From NCBI RefSeq assembly GCF_902459465.1, contig NC_047066.1, positions 1,116,001 to 1,180,000 of the forward strand: DNA of 64,000 nt, read 5' to 3'. The translations under genes were made by a program, and so were the position numbers. Positions 26,601 through 38,105 of this stretch are shown here, piece by piece. The DNA is from Asterias rubens. Its lineage: Eukaryota. The notes beneath the pieces are model-generated. The model was not told where the DNA came from and did no database searches. It saw only the letters and a program-made list of their open reading frames with translations. Within the stretch, counting starts at the first letter, position 1, and each line of letters opens with the position of its first letter.

Positions 26601-29600
26601 GTGATGAACTGCTCTGAAATAATTTACTTGTTTTTGCTTTCAGGAGGGGGTCCGAAGCCCAAACCAAACAAGACGTATGATATTGTACTGGATGTGTTGG
26701 ACCCCATTGCCAAGGATGGCATTGTTAACCATGAAGATGGTGAGACGGACCTTAATGAGGACGTGGCCATGATCAACAATGTGGCATATGGTAACTACAT
26801 TTTCTTTTTAACTAACTATTCATGAGGATAATATTTTTTTCAACTATAAAATTTGCTGCCATGGTATTGAACTTGCACGTAATTTGTCTAATTCTTCACT
26901 TTACAACTTCCACAGTAATAGCTGCCGAAGATGCAAGACAGGCGGTTGTTGAAGATGGTGGAGAAGATGAGTGTGAGCTGGAGGGGGAGGAAGAGGAAGA
27001 GGGGGAGGAAGAGGATATGCCTGTGGTGGCAAAGAAACCAAAGCTGACCACCAAACTCAGTACATGTACAAGGATACCTAATAATGCCATATATAATGTT
27101 GAAAAGGAAAGGTTGGTAGTAGCAAAGGAACAGTTAGGCGTCTCTAAACAGATTGCAGAAGCTTTGGCTAATATCAGCCAAACCTTAAGTGTCTTGTTAA
27201 ATGTGAAGCTGCAGGAAAATGGGATGACACTAGTGAATGAGGGTTAATTGTTTTATTTGAAGATGTTTGTGTTGGTCTACCTTGTTTTGGACAGAGCCTT
27301 GCCATATTTTAATGGATAATTGTTGACTTAGCTAGAAATAAACAAAATTGTTAAATAATATAAATAAATTATTTAATTGATAAATTATTAAAGTAATATA
27401 TTATTAAATAATATAAATAAGTTGTTTCTTCATTTATATTTTTATTTTTTTCTTGGGGGGTGGGGGGGAGGTTTCGTTTAACATCCTCTTAATTTGCCCA
27501 TAATTATTGCGGGAATTACTTTATAGTTTCAGTCAAAGCTTTAAAGGCAGTGGACACTATTGGTAATTACTCAAAATATTTATTAGCATAAAACCTTACT
27601 TGGTAACGTATAATGGGGAGAGGTTGGTTGTTACCAGACATTTTTGTTTTGGGTTTGGGGGGGGGGGGGCAGCGGGTGCAAAAGGCCATTTCTAGACATC
27701 CTAGTTCATGTATTTGATAAAAATAACTGAGTGTGCCAATTGGATGATGTCAATACAACATTTTATTCAAACTTCAACACTTTATATTCTCCTAACGTTG
27801 CATTTCAAATCTTAAAGTACACAACTTATTCTAATGCTCATGTTGAGATACACCAAGTGAGAAGACTGGTCTTTAACAATTACCAATAGTGTCCAGTGTC
27901 TTTAACAGAGGTTCTGAAGCTTTCCTTTTTGATTAGTAATTTCAGTTGTACATGTAATTTATAACAACAAAATATCATGGTCTGTTTACTGTATACCTAT
28001 TTACATAATTGTATAAAAAGAATTGTGTTTGTTCTTAAAAGAAAATCATTAAAAGACACATTCAGTCTCAAGGAAAAGAGAACACAATAATGAATCATGT
28101 ATGTGCATTTTTTTGTGTTGTTATTAATTTTAGTGCCAAAGAATTCGAAAAAAAACCGAACAGTGTGTCAAATTCAGCTCCTTGACCCCTCTCCCCTAGG
28201 CCAAGTCTGGGGATTATACATGTTATCACACAAGCTCGAGTGGAACAGCGAAAAATATAGCGCGTCTGCGTCCCATATTCAAATTTACTTCTGCCCGGGT
28301 GCACATAGTGTACTGCAATTAAATTTGGTAGTTGCAAGCTTGCTTTTGACAAATTTGAAGGAGAAATATAGTAATTTTCTGCCAATATCAGAATAATGCG
28401 CAAGGGTTGAGAAAATGTGAACTGCAAATAAAAAATGTGGGGGTGTTTAAACCTTTAATAATGACCAGTGTTTATAACCGGTTGTGAGTGGATACTCTGG
28501 GCTAGTCTTGGTGCAAGACGTTTCTTGTTACGGGCGATGCGGGCGCTGTTGGTTAGTTGGCCGTGCTGTGTGTGAAAGGAAAATGAGACACCTTGCACCA
28601 AGACTATGTGCGCACGAACAGATTCGCAAACTGTTGTCTCAGTCATAACAATGCAACACACGGAGCTCAAGCACGTCGGAAATGGATAAGCTTAACAGAG
28701 TTTCTTACTTTATGATTTATTATGCTTTTTTAAACAAAAAAGGTATTTATGAATGGGAATAAAAGACTAGTGACTTGTTCTTAAACGGCCGTTTAAAACC
28801 TTGCATGTTTTTTTGCCGTGCAAAAAAGGCCCTCGTCGAACACATGCCATGACCCTGCCGGTTTTAACTGCCGTTTAAGAACTCGTCGCTACCCTTTTAA
28901 TCGCTTATTTACAACCCCCTGACAAATCTTGTTCTCTCTCTTAGAAATAGCGATTGATTAGTTCGTTCCTCTTGACTGTGCCATCATGCAAAGGGCCGTT
29001 GTACTGAATGCCTTCATCTTCATAGTTGTCGTCTGCATCTTCATCAAGATCACCATCAAATTCAGGCTCCCTGAGACTCTTGGAGATGTTAAAGAGTACA
29101 CAACAAGCTTTTATGATGAAGCATGCCCTTTCTGGGGATACCCTCATTCCAAGGGAAAGGCAAGGAAATCTTCTCTTGAGCTGTCCAAAGGTTTGCTCAA
29201 TGACAACCCGTGTTCGTCTATGACTCCTGAGGCAAAAAAATGCACGATAATTTGAAACAAGTATGTTATGTATTGTTTATCTTTCTTTAATATTGCAATT
29301 TATTTATTTATGTCATAACATTGCGATAATAATTTAAACCTGCCACATGAACTCACTATCAATTATATTGTAACTGATAGTTTGTTAATAGTAATGGAGG
29401 CTTAAATCAATATTAAACTACTATACCTATTGTATCTTCTTTCAGCATTTGTTGCTGGATCTTGTACAGGGGTCATCAGCCATGGACGAAGGGCATACCC
29501 TGTGTCGCCAATGAGAACTCCATGGAATCTGGTTGCAGGTAGATAAATATGTATTACTTTTTTGTGATTAGGTAAAGCTAAGGATTTATAAAGATGATTG

Positions 29601-32600
29601 AAACTTTGTTACTTTGTTTGGTTCAGTGTTGACAAAAAACAAAAAAACAAAGTTTGGCTTAATCTGTTGTTTGAGTCACGAGAAAATAGTTGAAAACCTT
29701 GCACATTTGTACTATATAGACACATTATTTCAATTTGAGTTGTGTCAACAAACTATATATCTTCATCTTCTGTTTTTTTCGCCTTTGACAGGATTTCAGA
29801 AGGAAACATCCCATGAAGACTGGTACTGGCATGATCTTCAGAAACAGTGAGCTTACAAACTGATAAAATTGTGAATACTGTACCAATACAATCGGACATT
29901 TGATTTTTAAGTTTTATTTTATGTTTATTCCTATTAAAATTTTTGTAATGTTCAATATAAAAAGGCATGGTGATGTTAGCTAATTTCTGCAAACAATTTC
30001 CCTCACTTTGTGCAAATTTCAGATGTTTAATTTGGATGAAATTGTTTTTCTTTTTCTTTTGTACACCAGGTAGAAAGAAAATTTCTGACAAACCTCCCAT
30101 TTTCAAATCTGTCACTGATACGGCTTCCATGAAAAATAGCACTGTCATGCATACTCCCCGGCCATCTGGCAACCACATTTATGATGTTAAACTTCGCATC
30201 ACAGATCACTTGGGCGTTTATGCTGTGGAACCCTTTTCTGTTGACAAACAGATGTTCATTATCACCTAATGGTGCTCCATAGAGGCGAATGTGGCTGCAG
30301 TCAACTGCTCCAATCACATCAGGGAAGTTGGCCAGTGCAAAAAATTCTCTTTTTTTTTGCATTTCCTCTTGCAAGTTTGCAGGAAACCTGATGACTACGT
30401 TTGCCAGTCTGCAAAATGCCCGTGTTACTCCATGTACTATCCTGCACACTGATGGTACACTGACGGTATGAAGGTCTCCATGCACAGTGTAAAATGAACT
30501 TGTGGCATAAAACCTTAATGCTGTCAGTACCTGCATGTGAGCTGGAATTGCATTGCTACGCTGTGAAAAGAAAAACACTTTCAGCATTTCATTTCATAGT
30601 TTTGTAGGACAAAAAACACAATGTCCGCAGATTTACACTAAACTTACACAGTTTGAAGATAATGATAGTAGAAAGCTTCCCTGAAAATATTACGTGCTGA
30701 GGTGCTGTAGTTTAGGGAAATGAGTAAAACAGTGGCATGCAAATAATGGGAGACTTTCTGGGACGATAGAGGGCAGCAGACTTACCGGGTAAATCCATTG
30801 TTCTCAGAATTATGCGCATGTTCAGAACTACGTAAACAATGGAAATTTACCCGGTATGTCTGCTGCCACCTAGCGTTGGAAAGTCTCCTATTGTCGTCTC
30901 ATGAGACGAAAATTATTTTAATCATTTACCAACGTATTTTTATGACATTGTTTTACTCATTTCTCAAAAACTGCAGCACCTCAGTAAGTATTATTTGAAG
31001 GGGAGCTTTCCACTATCATTATCTTCAAACCCTGTAAGTTTAATGTAAATCTATGGACATTTTGAAAAGGTACCCAAATCCTTTATGGCAAGTTTATATT
31101 ACTCTCCATGTTGCAAGGGTTTACCAATATTTCATGTGATATTTCATGTGATAGAAATAATAGAGAACTTATCATGCCCTTTTACTATAAAATAAACAAA
31201 TTTTTAAGCAGTAAAATATTTTGTGTGTTATAATAAAGTGTATTTTTTGTTTCATGTTTGAAAAAGCTGGTCAAATTTAATATAAACAGTCTGTGAAGAG
31301 TAGTCAAAACTAGTTGTTTGTATTAGAATAAGCTTATTTCTGGTGTAAATAAAGAAACTTATTTTCATATGTCTATCTGACTTAATTTCTTTGTGTCAGT
31401 AATATACATTGGTATAGGACATTATATGCTGGCCCAATGTTCCCTATTGGGGGTTTCCTCTAATCATAAACTGGTATTTCTTAGTTTTCTCTCGTGTATC
31501 TATGTGCTCTATGCTTTTTAGGATCCTTTGTGTTTCATAACCAGATATAACTTTATATAATTCATTTTGATTGGCCAACTTTGTTTGGATTGGACATAGT
31601 GTGGAAGAGTTTTGTGGGTTGGTTTATTAGTAGTTTTACTTTACAAAAAAAAGAAGAAAAAAGGAAATTGATAAATAAATAAAAACTTGAAGGGAATAAT
31701 TATAAACAAATCAGGATATTTTTTTAAAGAGAGCTACAATGTATTGGTATTTAACAATAATATTTCAGAAACTTGAGTTTGCTGCCCAAACCAACAGCGC
31801 CACCACTGTCTAGAACGAAAAAAAAGATGGGGGAGTTCCCCGCTGGTACCAGTCTTGTTCGTGCTGAGAAGTGTGGTTGCGCTCTGGGCGGCAGCTGGGC
31901 CTTGACTGAAGGCTAAAGATCATTGTGTGTGGGTTGGTTAATGATCAGTCGGCAGTCATCAGCCGCCGCCGCGTGAGGGTCAATCCACAAGAGGGCGGCA
32001 TTGTAAAAATAGACGTAAAATCACGTTGTCTCTCATCAGACAACGATTAGTTTGTTGCACCCCCCCCCCCCTCATATCACCCAAACATTATTTTATTTAG
32101 GCCTATAGTTCTATATGGAAATTTAAAAAACAAACTAAAAGGGGCCAGCCGTCATTGGACGTTTAAAAGCTTACCCTTGTGACACGTTCAATGTCTCCAC
32201 GAACCATTTCGACGATGTGATAAATACCCCGTCTGGTAAATCTATACCGACGGAATATTTCATCGTCAGTTAGACTGTCGAGAGGGTTAGTTCTGTCGCG
32301 AAAAAGTCTTTCTCTCCGCAACGCTCTTCCGGCTTCTCGATTTGCAAGCAGCATTAACGCCATTTTGCATGTATTTGTGCGCTATCAATGAGATATCGCA
32401 TCGTAAGACGACCCTTTGGGTAGTCGCAACTTACGACGTGTTCTTCCTCGTTGTCAAGGAACTTGCGACGTATCCGACGCATCGTAACTTTCATGAAATC
32501 GATTTATACGCATCGCAACTTACGACGTGTAACCGGTCGCAACTTGCACTTGCGACGCGTCGCAGCGCTTCGTGAAATCGGGGGCAGGTATGATAGGATA

Positions 32601-35600
32601 GAATGACAACATGAGTTTTAATCCTCATTCTTTACCTTGCTCCTCTTGGAGAACCTAAAGAATTTTCTTCAAACCAATCTTCAATATCCAGGCTGAGTCC
32701 GTACCCTGTTCCATTCCCCTTAGGCGTAACTTGAAGGATTGGTGGTAGACTGTCTTCCATAGCTGACTTAGATAGCTGGTGGATAACATGAGCTAGCTCT
32801 GGAGGGGAGGCGGTGGTACGAGGGTTTAGTGGGAGAGCTTGAGTCATTAGAGTCTGCCGGTTGTTGCTCAAGTAGTGGGTGTTGTGCTTGTAAGGATAGC
32901 TTGTTTGCAATCCTGTTTAAACAACAAATTAATATCAATTTCAATTTGTGTTACACCATGTCAGTAAATTTGTTCCTTTTTAAACATGTATTTTACAGAT
33001 GGGTTTATACCAAAAGGCGTCGCTCTGCGAAGCTCTATTTTTAGGTTTGGTAAAAACGAAGATACAACAAATGGGCAACTAACCTGTTGGGCTCGTATAA
33101 CTTGTTGTATACTTTGATTTCATGGCATCTTCATAAGCTGGTGGAGACTGCTGAATGTTGTGAGGTGGTGATGGAGTCTCCCGATCTGAGTAGTGGCGTG
33201 ATCGATACTGCTGGAAGCTATTGTCCATCTTACTGGCCTGGGAGTCTGCAGAGGGTGACGTCATTGCTGGTGGACACCCACTAAGGTATTGAGTAGTTAA
33301 ACTACTGGTGGACATGGAGGCTTTACTCGACAGCGCTTCAACAGCTGATGAGTGTGGTTGATCTCTTGTGTTCACATTGTTAGAGTTATTCCCTTCGCTC
33401 CCGGTGTAGGGAACCTGGGTAGGGTTACAAGCGAGAGATTGGCTGAAAAAAGGTGTTGTACCTCCAACGGTGAAGTTCCCCGATCCAGCCAAAGACTGCA
33501 TCTTGTAAGACGTCTGCTGATGGCGTTGCCCTTGCGATGACGTAGGGAGAGAAAATGACGATGATGGGAATGTACCGCTGTAACTGGACACTAAGTGAGT
33601 GTTCTGTGGTTGGGACAGTAAGCTATTTGTATCCATTTCTCTTTGAGACTGGATTTCTCCCTTTGAGACCATCTCACTTTGGGCTGCATCTTGTTCCTTA
33701 CTTTCGCTTGAGAGGGGCTCCTGTGGAAGTTGGGCACTCTGGAAAACCCCTACGGAAGTCACGGCATTAATGGAGTCAACATGAGTGTTGGAATCCTTCC
33801 CTGGTTCGGTCACAATCACTGAAGGTTCTGCGATACTCTGTGGAGCATTCATGACATCTACGTTGGACTCTTGCTCCTTGTTTTTACCCTGCATCTTGTT
33901 CCATCTCTCAAGCATACTCCTGTCTTCTTCGGTAAGCAAGACAGACTTGGCTTCATCATCGTTTTGTGCGTTCTTCTTACCCTTTCCCTTCCCTTTCTTC
34001 TGACGCTCCTGAGATCGACGGAGCTTCTGGCGTCTTTTCTGTTCACGTTCTCGTTGGCGTGCTAGGGCAGTTATTGGCATCTTACCTCCACCTTTTTCGC
34101 CCTCGGAATCTGAAAGTTGTTAATAAAAAATATATTAGAAATCACAATATATGACAGAATGAAAATCTGTTGGTAAACTTAGATTTTAAAACATCCTGAG
34201 TGTGGGTTTTTGGTCTGGTATGGCTTGCCAAAAACAACTGTTTGTTTGCTGTAATCTGACTAGCTAATCACACCCTATCAAGCTACATGTTGCCCTATAT
34301 AGGACTCTTCCTCTGTACACAGCAGAAAAATATATGCTGCCATGGAATGTGAATCTGTTGAAATTGGTGCTTTCTTGCAGGTAAGATTTGAGTTATAAAA
34401 TGAAGCTTTGAAAATTTTCCGCCCCAGAAATGGACCCTGATATCCAGGACGTCACTGTAGTACAATACGAAAGTGTAAAGCCGCCAGGGCTACCTATCAA
34501 GCATACAAATTGTATACATGAATTTAAAAGTTTCCTGGCTGCATGTTTCAACTCTTAAATGTCACAAGAATTAAAGATTTAACTAAACAAGTTTTTAAAT
34601 CTGATTCATTAAAAAAAAGACTCCACTTCATATTTTTAGTACTTAAAAATATTTCTTCAAATATACCTTTTTTTTCTAGCATTTTAAACGACCACAGAAA
34701 TTTATTTGTCAGGCCTAATTGACAGGATGTTGAAACCCAAGTTTAATATAAAGAAATGAAAATCTAATACACAGTGTAATAATAACAAAACAACACAATC
34801 AAATAAGATGAGAAAAGAAAAGGTTAGTCTATCTTTTTTAGGCTCGGAGAAATACTCTGATAGAGTTTAAACTTCAGGACATTAACAAATGGCAAGATGA
34901 AAAAAGCTGACACTTTCTTAATACACAGCAGCTTCACATACAGTACATATACCACAGAGAACAGACTTTCTGATCCAACAAGTTTTAGCAAGAATTACAA
35001 AGCACTGAATGTTTATGTCAACACTTCAGGAATGATTGCAACAAAATGGATCATACGTCTCGCCAAAAATTATAATTTTCAGAACTCCAGATGACATGAA
35101 AAAGCTGCCAACTGTTGCATCTTGCAATCAGGAAGATGTTGAACAACAAACAATCAGGGAGATATTTACAATTACAATCAAATAAAAGGGGAAAAGTTCC
35201 CATAATAATCAGGGAGATTTTCCAAATGTGTCAATCTAAACATTTAGAATAGTTTATCTTCAGGGAACTATTTGCAGAGTCAAGGAGAGTTGGCAGCTCT
35301 GTGTGATTGGAGTACAACTAAATTACCTGACCTGGGTCAATAAAAAGAAATCACACTTTACGACTTCATGTTCATTCTGCAGAGTGACACAGAGTAAAAC
35401 AATCAATTCTACACACTGAATTAATATCTCACCTTTTCTCATTTTGTTCTTCAAAGCAGAGTTAAGCAGGGCAGCTTTGATGAGTTTCTTAGTGTCATCT
35501 GAAATTGTTTTCTGTCCTGCGTTTTCATAAACCAGAGCCTGCTCTACAGATTTGCCGACAGCTTCTTCAACGGGTGCAGCTATACGTGAAGAATCCGCAA

Positions 35601-37851
35601 CAGAACCAGTCTCTTCTTGCTGACCTCTTGCACTCTTCATATCAATGTCCAGAGACTCTGATGAGCTGGTACTGGAAGGTGTGATACTAGACTCAGTTAG
35701 GGGTTGTTTCGCCTCACCGTGGGCACTTTTCATCTCAACATCTCCTGAACTTCTTGGGATGGAAGGAGCAGTCAGATGCTCAAGCGTTGACGCATCTCCT
35801 GAAAGTTCTTGTGTTTTAGCAATTGCATTGTTTTGTGCTGAGCTTCTTGCACTTTTCATGTCGACATCTTCTGTGACTGACAAGGAAGGCATTGCCACGA
35901 CAGTTAAAGTCTCCACTGACGAAAGAGAATCTTTGTCTGAATTTGATTCAGAGGCTACGACCTTCTTTTCATCAACAGGGCGGGACGGAACTTTAAAGAC
36001 AACGTCTTCAGTTGAACTTTTGGTTTCTGAGTTTGGAATGCTCTCTTCACGATTGGCAGTTGGCAAGTTTTTGGCAGGATCAATCGATGCAGCGACTGTT
36101 TGTGCAGTAGCTCCTTTGGTTTCCTGTCTAGCTGCAGAAGTGACCGTAACTGCAGTTGATGGTTTCAAGATAGGAGCAGAGCTGGGAAATTTCTTTCCGG
36201 CAAAGAGCTTGGTTCTCTGGTACTTCAAGATCATCTTGCCAACATTCTGCCTCATCTGCTGGGCATTCAGATCATCTTGCTCAAAAGAAAAATCAAACAC
36301 AGGATAACAATTCGGCTCATCCTCCGGATCGTGATATTTGGAAAGAAAAGGATGAGCGAGGGCGTCAGTGACTGAGATTCGGTCCTCTGGGTTGAAGACT
36401 AACATCTTAGATAACAAGTCCAACCCATTATCATCAACCTTTGGGTATTTCTCTCTCAGATTGACACATCTTCTACCACCGAAATTCCGATGAAAGAAAT
36501 TAAAGATCTGATCACTGTTTGACGATCGGAGCAGTTTGTCTGGTGGCATACCGAGCACCTCGATGATGAGAGTCAACTGATGCATGGGATTTCTTCCTGG
36601 AAAGATCTGTCGACGTCCAAGCATCTCAGCAAAGATGCAACCTACTGACCACATATCTATTGCATACGAGTAGTCATCGTTTGAAAACAGTAACTCTGGC
36701 GCACGATACCAACGTGTGGCAACGTATACAGTCATAAACATCTTACGTTTGGAGTCAACATTACCTGACAGCCCCCTAGCCATTCCGAAATCTCCAATCT
36801 TCAATTCACAGTTCTCGTTCACTAAGAGGTTACTGGGTTTTAGATCACGGTGGACGACATTGGCAGAGTGGATATACTTCAGCCCTCTGAGGATCTGGTA
36901 GAGGAAATAGCGAATATGCTCCATGCTGACTGACTGCTGAGAGTGGATAATCTGATGAAGATCGCTTTCCATCAAATCAAGAACCACGTACACATCCTTG
37001 AAATCATTCAATGGTTCTCTTGGCATTAGAATCTCTCGGATTCCGATAACGTTCTCATGACGGAAGTGCCGCATAATCTTCAGTTCCCGGTAGGTTCTCT
37101 TGGCTGTTGTGAGTTCCTCAAAGGCATTTGGTATTTTCTTAATGGCTACCTTCTCAGAGTTTTTCTTGTGTGCGGCTGAACAAACAACTCCATATGCACC
37201 TGTGGTAAGAAGAACAGTTTCAAAAGACTTTAAAATTTAGCATGGATAATAAAGACTGTTTTAAATTCAAGGTAAACTGGGTGTAAAAATGCCACTTGAC
37301 TTGTTTCAATGCTAGTGAAAAATGACAGAATGAATTATCAAATCAAATGGAATGTGCAGTTTTTTAAAAAGTACAATGTATGAAAATTAATTAGCAATTA
37401 TTTAATTCGTTACCATTTTTAAGGGTACATAAGTGCTCTTGAAAAAAACCAAAAAAACCAAAAAAAAAACATTTCAATAATAATATAGAAGAGTTTGCGG
37501 TAACACCATGTAATAATAATCTCTAAATGAGTTGGGGTGGTTCTGAAAAGAACCACTTCACTTCAGAGCGAGCCGTTTCTCACACAATGATCAACCTTTC
37601 CCCATTGCTTGTTACCAAGTAAGGTTTGTGCTTATTATTATTTTGAGTAATTACCAATAGTGTCCACTGCCTTTAATAACAAATTTCAAGCCAGCCCCTG
37701 CTTGATCTCCTTCAGGGATGATTTCATAGAAGTTGCACTGACCTGTTCCAATGTTCTGGATGGCTCTGTATTCCGAGTTCTCAAGGTCAAAGTTCACATC
37801 CAAACATTTTGATTTGAATGCCATGGCATTCTTTGCTGCTGCTTGCTGCAT
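23645..37851 (-). CDS. MAPK7: Mitogen-activated protein kinase 7 (ERK5), 1117 aa, 5 coding exons
   Basis: Exons complement(37743-37851, 35433-37199, 33084-34109, 32636-32912, 23645-23819), all GT-AG with matching phases, 3354 nt. Kinase motifs [33 protein letters not shown]5 hallmarks: AAKN..F..DVNFD N-terminus, [13 protein letters not shown] region, [10 protein letters not shown] and [15 protein letters not shown]-terminal activation domain. In-frame TGA upstream of the ATG. Confidence 0.93.
24902..27247 (+). CDS. Harbinger Myb/SANT-like (trihelix) DNA-binding protein, 268 aa, 4 exons
   Basis: Exons 24902-24948, 25883-26163, 26644-26790, 26916-27247 (phases 2,1,1; 807 nt). Three Trp helices (PNWEHEE, HWKQL, KWSD), TGGG motif across a junction, acidic tract, KKPKL, coiled C-terminus. 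Exon 1 is the least certain. Confidence 0.85.
25545..25690 (+). mobile_element. tRNA-derived SINE in Myb gene intron 1
   Basis: B-box-like GTGGGTTCCAATCCCACC followed by a conserved-looking body ending in an A/T-rich tail. Confidence 0.55.
27545..27901. mobile_element. MITE family A nested in the Harbinger intergenic spacer
   Basis: TTAA|AGGCAGTGGACACTATTGGTAA ... TACCAATAGTGTCCAGTGTCT|TTAA. Confidence 0.8.
28745..28912. mobile_element. Short inverted-repeat element with asymmetric termini, same family as 45854-46617
   Basis: TTTATGAATGGGAATAAAAG..GTTCTTAAACGGCCGTTTAAAACC / GGTTTTAACTGCCGTTTAAGAACTCG..CTTTT..CTTATTTAC. Confidence 0.6.
28941..32363 (-). CDS. Harbinger (HARBI1-like) DDE transposase, 347 aa, 4 exons
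   Basis: Exons complement(32175-32363, 30094-30560, 29427-29528, 28941-29226), phases 0,2,2; 1044 nt with no stops. Motifs [64 protein letters not shown]. Confidence 0.92.
30600..31083. mobile_element. Family B MITE in transposase intron 1, interrupted by a 150-bp hairpin MITE (30744-30893)
   Basis: Family B body and right end AAAAGGTACCCAAATCC; the insert has arms AATGGGAGACTTTC..GCAGCAGACTTACCGGGTAAAT / ATTTACCCGGTATGTCTGCTGC..GAAAGTCTCCTATT. Confidence 0.7.
35101..35300. mobile_element. Degenerate hAT-like MITE in a MAPK7 intron
   Basis: AGCTGCCAACT ... AGTTGGCAGCTCTG inverted ends with internal CAGGGAGA repeats. Confidence 0.5.
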
Positions 37852-38105
37852 TGTGAAGTCTATCTCTGGGTCAACAAGTCAAATCTGAAACAGGATGAAT
37901 ATATTAAAATATTATTAAGACATGATTAAAAATCTAATTTTCAAGCACATTGCTTGTCACAATAAAATGAAAGAAATTCAAAAAAAACGAAATGGCTCAA
38001 ATAGACTGGAACCAGAAGTGCATGCTATGCAGCGAGGGTTAAAATTTTGAGACAGTTAAAACCTAATGTCAGCTAATTGAGTGCGCATCAAAAGAGGGCG
38101 GTATG

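Larger units (their letters stand above)
24547..32587. mobile_element. Full-length two-gene PIF/Harbinger DNA transposon (8,041 bp) in the last MAPK7 intron
   Basis: Perfect 19-bp inverted repeat CTGCCCCCGATTTCACGAA at 24547-24565 and 32569-32587, enclosing a convergent Myb/SANT gene and DDE transposase gene; CG-rich subterminal repeats at both ends. Confidence 0.92.

Noticed and set aside
24547-32587. Calling the transposase and Myb genes HARBI1 and NAIF1
   Set aside because: Retained TIRs and paired arrangement indicate a transposon; orthology to the domesticated vertebrate genes is not shown.
35645-36307. 220-aa plus-strand ORF
   Set aside because: Antisense shadow of the large MAPK7 exon; the same applies to ORFs antisense to the GPCRs.
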